A stretch of DNA of 64,000 nucleotides from the human T2T-CHM13v2.0 reference genome, Homo sapiens (GCF_009914755.1 NC_060938.1); one strand, 5' to 3'. Positions 15,868 to 29,562 are shown, counted from the first letter of the stretch. Translations and numbers: made by a program. Notes: generated by a model not told the origin, from the letters alone.

Positions 15868-18344
15868 GCAAGAGTCATGCTTTTGCTTTGGAATGATGTA
15901 TGATTTAACTATGCTCACCTACCTGTATTCTTTCTTCTTAAATGTCTTTTAAGCTCACTTTAAAAATATTTACAAACTCATATAGCTTTTACCTTCTTTA
16001 TCATTTATTAGCAAACTTCTATCCTTAACCGAGTCTAGCTAAATTAGATATTAATTGTACAGAAGGACTAACATCATTGTGGTGAATTGCTTAGGCCACT
16101 AAAATGACCTTCAGACACCTGTTTGACTTCAGAAGTAAAGGACTGATTTACAGTCTCAATGAAGTACTTCATAGTAGATACTAGGGAGAAATTATAGGAA
16201 AATGAGCAGAGTAGAAGAAAGTGTTATATAGAGTCAGATGTCACAATTTTTGATTAGATGGTGATAGAACTCTAATAGGAAAGACAAAACTGTTCTATCT
16301 GGGAATTAGCAGGATGTAGAGGCTTCTTAATTACAGTGGGAAGAATAGATTTAGAGGGGCTAAGAACAACAACTAGACTTTCCTATTAAGGGAAGGGCAA
16401 GTTCTAGAATGGTTGGGATAAGAAAATTATCCTGTAAGGGCTGGAAGAAGGTCCACGTTAAATTTAGTATCCACGGAATAAAGTCAATCAGGCAAGCAAT
16501 TACATTAGGGGCCCAGAAACAGGCTATAGAAATCCAAGTAGTCTGTCAAAACCCAGAAATGGGGAATGAGGGACAAGTTGATCTTACGGGCCCCGCAGGA
16601 CAGTTAGGGAGAAACTATGAGCTCAGGATTCCAATCCCTACTTATCAGAACTAAGTAGCAGTCCTGTTTAAAGTTAGAATAAATTTAGTGGTGATGTTCA
16701 CCCAGCATCAAGTATCTACTACACAGGTCTGATTTGGCAGGTCTGATTTGTTGGATTAGACAACAGGGACATAGGGTGAACTTTAGGGACCTAGAGACGA
16801 CCTATGGAGAGTGAAATGCCTTCAAATAATACTAACAGGGAACACTAATGAAAGTGTTTACAGGCTGGCCCAGTAAGCAGGTAGTCATCTAAAGATGTGG
16901 TTCAATGACCGATGAAAGGATCATCTGCTTCAAAATGGCTCTTTGACTGGCTTGCTGTCTGATTCAGTATCTTCAGACCTTCCCCACTCCCTGCCACTTG
17001 CTTTCTCTCTCTTTCTCCTAGATTTTATTTACTCTTTGAATTATTGTTTCTGAAATATAGATACGGTGCTTGGGTAAAAAGTCTTAATGATCTGAGGTTG
17101 ACATGTTTTAGACTGAGGCACAGAGAGAATAAGACACAGAACAGATTTGCTTTGTGTAGGGTAGGAGAGGACAGAAGAAATTAGACACTTAGATAGATAT
17201 CTCCACAGATTGCAAGCCTGGGTTAAAAGTAGTGAGTGGTGCTGAACATCTGGGGAATTGTGAAAGCTCTTGTTGCTCTGAGGGAGTGGAGAAATTCCAG
17301 TAAAGGAATGCAGAGATTTGGTAAGGGCAAACTTCAGTTACCTTAAAATGTTGTCCGCGACTGTTCTGTACAGCAGTAAATCAACAGGTTAAGTAAGGTT
17401 TACATTGGAAGGAAAGATGGGTTGCGACTCTTTCTTGTTTGTGTATGTTTTTGTGTGTGTGTGTTGTAGTTCAAAACAAATACATAAATAAATGAAATTA
17501 GATTGAAATCCACAAATGGGAAGGCAGTGGGATGCACTAACATGAGAGGCACTAAGTGGTCACATGGGAACTGTTCAGGTAGTGGTGTTGTCAGAGTCAG
17601 ATGTGTAGATTCCTAGGTAAAGGGAAGGCATGGTTAGACAAAGAAAAATGAGGGACACATAGGTTATATGCATTAAAAGGATGTAGTGAGGTGTGCCTTA
17701 AGGAATTGTAATAAGTGACTTAAGGAGAAATTGATATAAGATTGAGGAGGTGTTCAGTATTTATAGATTCAGGATATGGGGCTATAAAGTTACATAAAAT
17801 ATTTGTAGCAGCAAAGGGCTTGTGTGAAATCATTGTACGTGTTCAGCTTTGAACCCAGATCATTGCTATTATCTTTTCTGTGTCAAAGAGAGGTGTATGC
17901 TGTTTTAGGAAAACTGAATATACAAAAGTATATACTCATATATATAAACATACATGTTGGAAGTGATTTGTTACATTAGAAAAGGGTTCATTTCAGCATT
18001 GACCATGCATTCTTGGGGGACTATTGCCTTTGAACTGGCATGGCCATAGGGGAAATCTGATCCAAGCTTTTACCAAGGCAGGGAGCCCATCCATAGCAAA
18101 TCTGTTACATAAGTATTGCCTTTGTGTTAACACTTCACAGTATGCAGTAAAGAAATCACTGTCTCAGTTTTACAGATGGGAAACTAAAGTAAGAAGATAT
18201 CTAAAGTTATTTAGCAAACTACCCCCGATTTCTAATTCAGAGCTTTTCCCAGCCGGCTCTCCAGTTGCTCATCTTCCACCAATATTATCAGATGCCTCTT
18301 TGCTCTGAGACTTTCCATTAGGTGGGGTATTATTGAGACAACTG

Positions 18345-18560
18345 GAAGATGATGCAGCTTTGGGCTCAGCCCTGGGTTTAGACATTGGCTCTGTCATCTA
18401 TTAGCTACAATTAACTAAACCTCTTTGAGTCTATTTGCTCACTTTTAAAATGGAATCAGATGTCTACTTTATTTTTTTCTACAAGGATTAAGTGAGATAC
18501 TGAATATAAACTGCCTAGGACAGTACCTGACACTTAGTAGGTGCTCAAAAAATGATTGAT
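18345..18560 (+). mobile_element. MIR
   Basis: ctctttgagtctatttgctcacttttaaaatgg...cagtacctgacacttagtaggtgctcaa. Confidence 0.75.
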
Positions 18561-19419
18561 TGCTCGCTCCACATATGCCTCAGTTGTTCACTTTGTCTAT
18601 GAATACATGCAGAGCTATCTTAATGACAGACTAATTTCTGCAACGTCATGTCCTTTCTAAATATGTAGTTCATTTCTTTTTAACACATGCCATTCATCTA
18701 AGCCTCTCTGTGGGCTGTAAAAGATTCATAAAATTCTTGATTTTGACATATTTCTAGTGATCGTTTTGAATTAGAGATTAAAGTTTGAACTACTGCAGAA
18801 CTTTGCATAGGAATTTGACTTATTTGTCTTATACCTTAACTGAAATAAACTTGATATTAGACCTTTGCTTAAGTTAGCTGAATTAATTCTGCTTTAATTC
18901 AAGTTCATCTCTGCAGTGGAAAATGACAGGCATTATTGAGTTATATACACTTCTCATCCTTGCAGGAGCAATTTAATACACTGCAGAGCCTGTCAAAATT
19001 CAATTCAAGGTTGAATGACTAATGCATAAAAGTCGATTCCATATCCTATCACAGATAAAGCCAGTTATTTCTTTTTATTAAGTAGATGGGGATGCTATTT
19101 GGATCTAAGGTAGTAAAAGTTTGAAACTCCAAGCTTTGCAAAGTTAGAGGAGATGTGAGTGTGTGGAAAACTAGGGAGTTTCAGGAGTAACATCTGCCTA
19201 AAGAAATGAATGAACACAGACAGAGTTTGACTTGGTCATTTTGTCCTTTATGCAAGTACAATTTCCATAGCTTTTGAATTTAGGAGTAAACTTAACACAA
19301 AGCCAAGAGCTGGAGGAATAAGAAAAGTTTTCTAAGGCTCTTACTTTCTAGCAATGCTGCTGTAATCTAAATTTATATGTGGGTATGTATGTGCATGTGT
19401 ACATATGCATGTATATGTG

Positions 19420-20502
19420 TATTGGGGGAACCTGCCCCCGATAGTCACGTAGGTTCTTTTCTATTTTCCCTAAGTGTCGACTGGTCTGAGAAATAAAGGG
19501 ACAGAGTACAAAAGGGAGAAATTTTAAAGCTGGGTGTCCTGGGAGACATCACATGTCGGCAGGTTCCGTGATGCCCCCTGAGCCTTAAAACCAGCAAGTT
19601 TTTATTAGTGATTTTCAAAAGGGGAGGGAGTGTATGAATAGGGTGTGGGTCACAGAGATCACATGCTTCACAAGGTAATAAGATATCACAAGGTAAATGG
19701 AGGCAGGGGGAGATCACAGGACCACAGGACCAGGGCGAAATTAAAATTGCTAATGAAGTTTCGGGCACACATTGTCATTGATAACATCTTATCAGGAGAC
19801 AGGTTTTGAGAGCAGACAGTCTGACCAAAATTTATTAGGTGGGAATTTCCTCGTCCTAATAAGCCTGGGAGTGCTACGGGAGACTGGGGCTTATTTCATC
19901 CCTACAGCTGTGACCGTAAAAGACAGCTGCCTCCAAAGTGGCCATTTCAGAGGCCTACCCTCAGGGATACATTCTCTTTCTCAGGAATGTTCCTTGCTGA
20001 GAAAAAGAATTCAGTGATATTTCTCCCATTTGCTTTTGAAAGAAGAGAAATATGGCTCTGTTCCACCCAGCTCACTGGCAGTCAGAGTTTAAGGTTATCT
20101 CTCTTGTTCCCTGAACATTGCTGTTATCCTGTTCTTTTTTCAAGGTGCTCATATTTCATATTGTTCAAACACGCATTCTCTACAAACAATTTGTGCAGTT
20201 AACGCAATCATCTCAGGGTCCTGAGGCGACATACATCCTCCTCAGTTTACGAAGATGATGGGATTAAGAGATTAGAGTAAAGACAGGCATGGGAAATCAC
20301 AAGGGTATTGATTGGGGAAGTGATAAGTATCCATGAAATCTTCACAATTTATGTTCAGAGACTGCAGTAAAGACAGGCGTAAGAAATTATAAAAGTATTA
20401 ATTTGGGGAACTAATAAATGTCCATGAAATCTTCACAATTTATGTTCTTCTGCCATGGCTTCAGCTGGTCCCTCCATTCGGGGCTGCTGATTTCCCACAA
20501 CA
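19420..20502 (-). mobile_element. MER11C-like solo LTR (HERV-K11/HML-8)
   Basis: Minus strand starts TGTTGTGGGAAATCAG...GAAGAACATAAATTGTGAAGATTTCATGGAC and ends GGTTCCCCCAATA; 1083 bp; perfect 6-bp TSD TATGTG. Confidence 0.93.
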
Positions 20503-20589
20503 TATGTGTATGTGCATACATGTATGTCTGTGTGTGTATGTATGTGTGTGCATGCACATTAGTGTGTGCAAAAAGGCACAAGCATGAGC

Positions 20590-21230
20590 ATAGGTCCTGG
20601 CACTGCAGGCAACCTGCCTGACATTTTTCTGGATGCTGAAGGTATAGGAGTGAAGAAAAATTCCTACCCTATGGAGCTTATATTTTAGTGGAGGGAGAAA
20701 TACAATAAATAATAAAAATAATAAGTATATTATGTTGTATGTCTGATACTGGTAAGCGCTACAGAGAAAAATAAAACAGGGGCAGAGGAAAAGGAATATT
20801 GTGGGAGGTACAGCTTTGTTAAATAGAGTGAGCATGGAAGGCTGAAGTGAGCCATGGAATTATTTTGGGGAAAAAGCATTGTAAGTAGAAAGAGCAGCAA
20901 TTACAGAAGCTCTGAGGCTGGGCATGCTGGCATGTTGGGAGAACACCAAGAAGGTCAGGGTTTTTGAAGAAAAGTGAGTGAAGGGGAGCAGTAGGAGATG
21001 AGATGAGGGAAAAACAGGAGTCTAGATCCTGTCCGCCTATAGAGGTGACTTAATGGACTTTGTCTTCTTTTGGAGTGAGATGAAAGCCATTGGAGGGTTT
21101 TGCAGGAATAATATGATCTGAATTCTATTTCTGTGGCTGCTGTGCTCAGAATAGACTTTAGAGGAACATAGAGAAGCAGGGAGACCAACTAGAAGGCTAG
21201 GATATGACAGTAAGGTGACAAGTTTTTCAT
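20590..21230 (-). mobile_element. LINE-2 (L2a-like)
   Basis: ccctatggagcttatattttagtgg...gccattggagggttttgcagga. Confidence 0.8.
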
Positions 21231-21584
21231 AATGCCACTGTTGAAGCATGGCTACAGGAGGAGAGGCTGAAGTAGGAGGAGGACAAGTTAACTGGAGGGG
21301 AGGAGGTCAGCCATGAGGCCATGTTATTGTAAGGGTCATCTACATGTGTGAGGCTAAATGTTACCTCTTGAGGAGATTTGCTGGATATGACTTGGGGCTA
21401 TACTCCTAAGTCTTAATGCCTGCTGTCATTGGGCCTACAGAAACCATCAAGAACTTTCATTGGAAAAGACTACAGCAGGCTGGCTGGCATTTTACCTTTG
21501 TTGATATGTACCCACAGTCCTTCTCATTAGCCATTTGGCCAGATAATACCCAAACTCAGAGTTAATACAATGTCGGTGCATTTA

Positions 21585-21852
21585 TTTTTTGTTATACTTT
21601 AAGTTCTGGGGTACATGTGCAGAATGTGCAGTTTTGTTACATAGGTATACACTTGCCATGGTGGTTTGCTGCAACCATCAACCCATCATCTACATTAGGT
21701 ATTTCTCCTAATATTCTCCCTCCTCTAGCCCCCCATCCCCTGACAGGTCCCAGTGTGTGATGTTCCCCTCCCTACGTCCATGTGTTCTCATTGTTCAACT
21801 CCCACTTACGAGTGAGAACATGCAGTGTTTGGTTTTCTGTTCTTGTGATAGT
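21585..21852 (-). mobile_element. L1PA7/8-like 3' end
   Basis: ttatactttaagttctggggtacatgtgcagaa...; 16-bp TSD aatgtcggtgcattta / aatatcagtgcattta. Confidence 0.9.
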
Positions 21853-22630
21853 AATATCAGTGCATTTATGATGAAATACACTCTTCCACCAATATTCTCT
21901 ATGTCCTGTCTTGGAGATTCTACTGATTAAATACATTTCTCATTCTCTTGGCATTGCATTTTCATTTTATTTCTTTTGATGAGAAATTCACTTTTAATAG
22001 GGAAAGTGAGCTTTATGCAGGCACATTTTTAGAAGTAATTTATATGGATAATTGTGTGTCTTTAAAAATTTTTGCATCATACAAAATGTTCTTATGTGAT
22101 AAATATAAGCCAGGGTTTCTTTTATCAGTCAGCAAATCAAAGCATTTAATTAATTTTTGTGTGTGGAGAGCACAATATAGAACTCAGGGAAGAGAGCTAC
22201 AAAGGGAACAGAAGATATAATTTTTTTCCCATGAAACTTATGGAATAGTTTCAGCGTATACAGAGAAATCGAGAGAACAATAATTTTCAAAGGAGCCCAC
22301 CAAGCGGTCATCTAGCCAAATTCCTGGTAGAGGTGTGAACAGAATTAGGCTTAATCACGGAAGCCTTCTTAGAAAGATGGACATTGATGGGGCCAGATTT
22401 TTATAATGAGCTTCTATCTTAGAGGTACAAAGGGAGAGGAAATTCCAAGGAGAGAATGAAATGAGTTCCATGCAGAAGATCCAAAGTCAGTATGTTTGGG
22501 GTAGAAAAATACATGGAAGGAAAAATTTAGAAGTGAAGTTGGTGAGTCTTCACTGCTGCACTGGGGATTTGATATGAGAATCAAATAATGCTGGATAAGT
22601 AGTGTCATATAATGAAAAATGGTGCTGTTG

Positions 22631-23078
22631 TTTTTTTTTTTGGAGACAGGGTACTCCAGACTGGAGTTGTAGTGGCCCAATCAAGGCTCACTACAGCTTC
22701 AAAGTCCTAGGCTAAAACCATTCTCCTGAATAGCTGGGATTACAGGTGTAAGCCACCACTCTTGGCTAGTTTTTTATTTTTTATTTTTTTTTCTTTTAGA
22801 CAGAATCTTGTTCTGCCACCAAGGCTGGAGTGCAGTGGCACCATCTTGGCTCAGTGCAACCTCTACCTCCTGGGTTCAAGCAATTCTCGTGCCCCAGACT
22901 CCTAAGTAGCTGGAATTACAGGTGTGTGCCACCATGCCTGGCTAATTTTTGTATTTTGAGTAGAAATGGGGTTTGCTATGTTGGCTAGGCTGATCTCAAA
23001 CTCCTGGCCTCAAGTGATCCAGCCTCCTCAGCCTCCCAACATGCTGGGATTACAGACATTAGCCACTGGGCACAGCCC
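22631..23078 (-). mobile_element. AluJ-like right monomer joined to a full AluS/J (three monomers)
   Basis: Monomer at 22631-22768, then a T-rich tail and a full dimer to 23078. Confidence 0.87.
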
Positions 23079-23079
23079 C

Positions 23080-23280
23080 TGCTTTATTTTCTTTGCACAT
23101 TTATAATCAAACACAGTCTGAATGAGCTGTTTTAAAATTCCCTATATTATGCATCATTTTACTAGGATGTGAAGCCTGTGAGGCAGGAATTTCATTACTT
23201 TTTGTCATGGCCAGCATCTAGAACATTGTCCGCGCATAGTGGGTCCCAGCAGACACCCGCTAAATGAATTAGTGAATGAG
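23080..23280 (+). mobile_element. LINE-2 3' end
   Basis: ccagcatctagaacattgtccgcgcatagtggg...taaatgaattagtgaatga. Confidence 0.65.
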
Positions 23281-23821
23281 CTGCAGAGTTAGCCAACAAA
23301 GGGAAGCACGTTAAGCCATAGGCCTGGTCTACAATGGATTAATGGATTTCCCATTGAACTTTCAGAATCTGCTGGCCTTCTATCACAGTCGCTCTGCTGC
23401 AGAGCACCATTTTTGCTATTATAGGCAGTAAGCCAGCTAGCAAACAGCCATGCTGGGGTACTTGCCAAACTCAACAAATGCCATTTAGAAACAAAAGAAC
23501 CTCTAATGGAGACATCAGCCGTTTGTTAAACAAACCATTAGTTTGGAAGCAGAAGCTGCACATGTGATGAATCTACTAATTTACAGAGCATTATTGGACA
23601 TTAGTTAATTGCCAGACAACTTCATGTCCCAGGATACATTGAGGAAGCCTCTATTACTAAGGAGAGATTGGATGTCTTGCCTGTTAATGATTACAGGACG
23701 CATATACAAGAATGAACGAGTGAGTAGCTCCTGCATCATCCTAGTGTTTCACTGCCACTTCTAGAATTATTTCTGAGTTTTTATTTTTAAATAAAAGTTA
23801 TACTTACACGCTGAATATTTA

Positions 23822-24149
23822 TTTATATTTATTTATTTATTCGTTTATTTCTTGAGATGGAGTCTTGCTCTGTCCCCCAGGCTGGAGTGGCCTGATCTTG
23901 GCTCAGCACAACCTCTGCCTCCCGGGTTCAAGCAATTCTCCCACCTCAGCCTCCCGAGTAGTAGCTGGGATCACAGGCATGCGCTACTGCTCCTGGCTAA
24001 TTATGTGTATATATATATATATATATTTCAGTAGAGATGAGTTTTCACCATGTTGGCTATCCTGGTCTCAAACTCCTGACCTCAGGTGATCCACCCGCCT
24101 CGGCCTCCCAAAGTGTTGGGATTACAGGTGTGAACCACCGCGCCTGGCC
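23822..24149 (-). mobile_element. AluSx-like with (TA)n in the linker
   Basis: TSD gctgaatattta on both sides. Confidence 0.93.
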
Positions 24150-24832
24150 TTTGCTGAATATTTAAATGGAACAGAAAGATAAACAATTAGAATTAGTCTC
24201 TTTACCCGAAGTCCCTTTCCAGATGCATTTTTTTAGTCATTATCCACATATAAAATGTCACAAGCACTCCTCTTGAGATTTTACTTAATGCCACATTTAG
24301 GAGATTTTTACAGCACAAACAAATATAACCAATTCTTATTTAATGGTTGCATAGTGCTCTATTTTGTGTGTGTTTAATAATTTAATTAATGGGACAGTAC
24401 TGATAGTTGGTATTTAGGTTTTTTTTTTAAACTGTTATGCAAAGAACAAGATAAATGTACCTGTAATGTCCTATGACCATAATGTCATGAGTATATTTGT
24501 AAAGCAAGTTCCTGACAGAAGTATTTCTGAGACAAGGAATATTTGTGTTTAAAAATATGAAACTGCTATATTGGCATCTTGAATAGAAAGTAGCCATGAG
24601 AGTGCCTATTTCTCTTCACTGTTGCTAAACTTACATATTGTAACATTTCAGTTTGTGTCAATTTGAAAGTTAAAAAATTATGTCTAATTTTTATAGTTTG
24701 CATTTCTTTAATTCTGAGTAAGTTTGAATATCTTTTCCGTATACCAGTTGGTCTTGTATCTCTCTCTCTCTCTCTCCCCCTCCCTGCTTCACTCCCTCCC
24801 TCCCTCCCTCTCTCCCTCTCTCTCTCCCTCCC

Positions 24833-24874
<42 letters not shown>

Positions 24875-24950
24875 GGCAAGGTTAATATGCCATTCAAAAG
24901 CTTTGCCCATTTAAAAGGTGTGGTTGGCCTTTTCTAATAGATATATATCT
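24150..24950 (-). mobile_element. Ancient L1ME-like fragment
   Basis: tagtttgcatttctttaattctgagtaagtttgaatatcttttc. Confidence 0.6.
24759..24872. repeat. Compound (TC)n/(TCCC)n plus (TG)19 microsatellite
   Basis: Read directly. Confidence 0.96.
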
Positions 24951-26454
24951 GTGGATAGGACTTAGGTTCCATCCCTCCCTGCTGGACTGTGACTCTGTAA
25001 TGAAAGGACTATACTGTATTTATCCCACAGTTTGTTAAATGGGTAGATTTCTTTTATGTATATGGATGGTGTAAAAATTTGACAAGAAGTCATTTGGTAT
25101 AGTAAGCATCAGGAATAGTAAGGCTAATGGATAGAAAAATAATGAAGGAAATCAAGCAGCTTAAAGGAAGTTTGCAGCCAGTTGAAATGCAATTTGCTGA
25201 AAACTTAATGCAAATAAATAATTATATTTGCACAGTTTATGATGCTGCATCACATTTTCACTTTCAGTTTCTGACATTTGTAGGAAAATAATAAAATTTT
25301 AAAATCTCCTTATTATTTATTTGAGATCTGTTACTATTTTTAACATTAGTCTAGCAATGTTGATATTTTCTTTGTAAAGGGTAGTAAGCTCAGTGTGAGT
25401 TCTTAAATATCTAGGAACCCATTTTTTCCCTCTGTTAAAGCATGTATTTAATTTTATGAAGTAAGCAGAAATATAGAAATTATATGGAAAACAGAAAAAT
25501 AGAAATTATATACTAGAATTTTATTTAACTTGCTGGGGAAATTTTTTAACATGGGTAGTGATGCAGTCATTACTTTGAATAAACTTATGTATTTATTTAA
25601 ATATTATTTATAATATTTAGAATACTTTTTCAGACCAAATACATGTTGGAATTAAGTGTATTGTACATATTCTCTGCTGTTGAGTGCATAGCTGCAACAT
25701 AGATATTAAAATCTTCTTTTCAAGCAATAAAAAACTTTAAGCATTGCCAACATAATTTAAATGCATATGTGTGTTTCATTCTTTTCTCTATCATAAAAGT
25801 AATCAAAAGAGTGTTAGATACCATACCAATTGTTTCAAAATCATGACTGCCCTCATTTTTGTTTGTGGTCTTAAAGTATAAATATGTGAAGGCTACATGT
25901 AAACATAAAGAGAGCCCCTTTACAACCAATAGTCCTTAAAGTAATATACTGGCACATCAAAAACCTGACACAGTCTTAAATCTTTACCGAAGGTGTTGTA
26001 AGAAAAAGCAAACAGAAGAATGAAGTCGTATATATAAGAACATATGAGGTAGGTAAAGCAATCAGCATTGGTTCAAGACAATAAATCAGAGCAGGTTACA
26101 TTATTTCCTGGCCACAATCCTTTTGAATGAAAAGCAAAGGAAAAGAAAACACAAAGCCGTGGAAGCATAGTTGTTTTGGGTTGAAAGTGAAAGTTGGTGG
26201 ACCTAAATAAATGTGAACCTGCTTGGTAGACAGGCCTCTCAAGTGTGACTTGTCTGCAGTAAATTTAACTTTTAACCACATATTCTTTCCCAAATCAATG
26301 AGATATTTGTTTGTTTTATGGGCTGGAAAAACAAAATGATTGTTTTCTAAAAGCCAAAATATTTTATTTCTTTTCTGGATTATGGAAAGTAAAAAGCAAA
26401 AAGATGCAAAACTGAGAAAAAGCCCTAGAGCACAACTCTGATTAATTACTATAG

Positions 26455-26821
<367 letters not shown>

Positions 26822-27043
26822 TAGTTTTATTTAGAGATTATTTTCCCTTCTGCAATTTCTCTGTCTAGTCTTCCCTGTCATTCTTTAGCAGCCAAGATCA
26901 CTTTTTGTCTAGGGCTCCAGGCCCTCTCAGTCATTTGGACTGGTCTCTGTGGGCCTTTGTTTCCAATGGTCAACACTTTCAATGACTTTTTTGCCTGATA
27001 GGTCTTCAAAGAGTTCACAGAAAATGCATATTATTAAAAAAAA

Positions 27044-28188
27044 TGTTGTTCTTTGCCCATTTTTAAAATGAGGTTGCTTTTTGCTTGTTGACATGAAGAG
27101 ACACTTCTCAAAAGAAGATATACGGCCGGGCGCGGTGGCTCAAGCCTGTAATCCCAGCACTTTGGGAGGCCGAGGTGGGCGGATCACGAGGTCAGGAGAT
27201 CGAGACCATCCTGGCTAATACGGTGAAACCCCGTCTCTACTAAAAATACAAAAAATTAGCCGGGCGAGGTGGAGGGCGCCTGTAGTCCCAGCTACTCGGG
27301 AGGCTGAGGCAGGAGAATGGCGTGAACTCTGCGGGGCGGAGCCTGCAGTGAGCCGAGATCGCGCCACTGCACTCCAGCCTGGGCGACAGCGACACTCTGT
27401 CTCAAAAAAAAAAAAAGAAAAGAAGACATACAAGTGGCCAATAAACTTATGAAAAAATGCTCATCCTCACTAATCATCAGAGAAATGCAAATCAAAACCA
27501 CAATGAGATACCATCTCCTATCAGTCAGAATGGCTATCATTAAAAAGTCTAAAAACAACAGATGCTGGTGAGGCTGTGGAGAAAAGGGAATCTTTAAACA
27601 CTCTTGGTGGGAATGTAACTTAGGTTAGCCACTGTGGAAAGCAGTTTGGAGATTTCTCAAAGAACTGAAAACAGATCTACTGTTTGACCCAGCAATCCCA
27701 TTAATGGGTACATATCCAAAGGAATATAGATCATTATATCAAAAAGACACATACTTGCAAATTTATTGCCATGCTATTCACAATAGCAAAGAGATGGAAT
27801 CAATGTAGGTGACGTCAATGGTGGATTGAATAAAGAAAATGTCGTACACACACAACATGAATACTACATAGCTGTGAAAAAGAATTAAATCATGTTCTTT
27901 GCAGCAACATGGATGGAGCTGGAGGCCATAATTCTAAGTGAATTAATATAGGAGCAGAAAACCAAATACCACATGTTCTCACTTATAACAGAGAGCTAAA
28001 CATTCAGCACTCATGGACATAAACATGGGAACAATAGACACTGTGGACTACAGGAAAGTGGAGGAAGAAGTGGGAGATGGGTTGAAAAACTACCTACTTG
28101 GTACTTTGCTCACTACCTGAGGTCGATATACCCATGTAACTAACCTGCACATGTACCACCTATATCTAAAATAAAAGTTGAAAAAAAA
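27044..28188 (+). mobile_element. L1PA16-like 3' end with a short 5' inversion
   Basis: 27049-27090 is inverted, 27091 onward is sense; ends tatctaaaataaaagttgaaaaaaaa. Confidence 0.9.
27124..27417 (+). mobile_element. AluY (Ye-lineage-like)
   Basis: CpG-rich; diagnostic ggggcggagcctgcagtgag and gacagcga; TSD aaaagaaga(t/c)atac. Confidence 0.93.
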
Positions 28189-28325
28189 CCACAGCTATGC
28201 ACAGAGTTCAAAAAAAATTTTGTGTCAAAATTAACTTGTACTAACTTATAACACTGAACAGAATCTAGTTTGAGGTACTAAGAAAGATAAGACATGAGTT
28301 TGAAAAGAGCTCCTATCAGAACAGC

Positions 28326-29373
28326 ATGACTTCTTCGAAAATTGAAGAAAGAACAAACACCAGACTTATTGTGAAGCTTGGGTGGAAGAAAGAATGGTAA
28401 AATCATTGATCCTTTATGAAAAGTTTATGGGGATAATACCCCAAAGAAATCAGCAGTTTATAAATGGATAACTCATTTTAAAAAGGGATGAGATGATGTT
28501 GAAGATGAAGCTCACAATGTCAGACCATCCACATAAAGTTTCCAGGAAAAAATTAATCTTGTTTGTGCCCTAATTGAAGAGGATTGATGATTAACAGCAG
28601 AAAAAATAGCCAACACAATAGACATCTCAACTGGTGTGGCTTACACAGTTCTGACTGAAAAAGTTGAGCAAACTTTCCACATGATGGGTAGAGAACTGTT
28701 CCACCCAGACCAGCTGCAGACAAGAGCAGAGCTTTCAATGGAACTTTTAAATAAGTGGGATCAATTTCCTAAAGCACTGGTTCCAAGAATTGTAACAAGA
28801 GATGAAACATGGCTTTACCAGCACAATCCTGAAGCTAAAGCACAACCAGAGCAATGACTATCAAACGTTAGAGGTGGTCCAGTCAAAGCCAGAGCAGATC
28901 AATCAAGAGCAAAGGTCATGACAACAGTTTTTTGAGATGCTCAAGGCATTTTGCTTGTTGACCTTCTGGAGGACCAACGAATGATAACTTCTGCATATTA
29001 TGAGAGTGTTTTGGGAAAGTGATCCCAAGCTTCAGCAGAAAAACCCCCAGGAAAGCTTCACTGGAGTCTTTCTCTACCGCGACAATACTCCTGCTCCTTC
29101 CTCTCATCAAACAAAGGAAATTTTGCAAGAATTTTGATGGAAAATCATAAGGTATCCACCTTACAGTTTTTATTTGATGCTTTCTTACTTATTTTGTTTC
29201 CTAATCTTAAAAAAAACTTTAAAGGGAACCAATTTTTCTTCAGTTTATAATGTAAAAAGTCTTCATTGCCATGGCTAAATTCTCAGGACCTTCAGTTCTT
29301 CAGGGATGGACTAAATGGCTGATATCGCTTATAAAAGTGTCTTAAACTTGATGGAACTTATGTTGAGAAATAA
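28326..29373 (+). pseudogene. HSMAR2 transposase remnant
   Basis: MTSSKIEERTN...KLGWK start, IVTRDETWLYQHNPE (first catalytic D motif), degenerate HDNA and YSPDL motifs; multiple stops and frameshifts. Confidence 0.9.
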
Positions 29374-29480
29374 AGCTTATAGTTTTAATTTTTATCTTCT
29401 AATTCTATTATTCTATAACCTTTTTGAAGTTCCTTGTATTTGGAGTACTAGAAGTGCTTCATGATGCCTGTAGCATTCGT

Positions 29481-29562
29481 TGCATGTGTATGTGGATGAG
29501 GGCGCATACACACACACACACACGAGCTGAAGGTGAATCCATACATGTATATGTGCATGAGG

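Larger units (their letters stand above)
26996..29436 (+). mobile_element. Full-length HSMAR2 mariner transposon interrupted by L1/Alu
   Basis: Left TIR tgataggtcttcaaagagttcacagaaaatgc; body resumes at about 28195; right TIR ttctataacctttttgaagttccttg followed by TA. Confidence 0.92.

Noticed and set aside
16724-16750. Tandem duplication caggtctgatttg (similar short ones at about 41559 and 48009)
   Set aside because: Ordinary short slippage duplications with no wider pattern.
20331-20447. Direct repeat ccatgaaatcttcacaatttatgttc
   Set aside because: A normal internal repeat of the MER11 consensus.
28326-29373. Domesticated mariner transposase (SETMAR-like)
   Set aside because: Multiple stops and frameshifts, and degenerate HDNA and YSPDL motifs.
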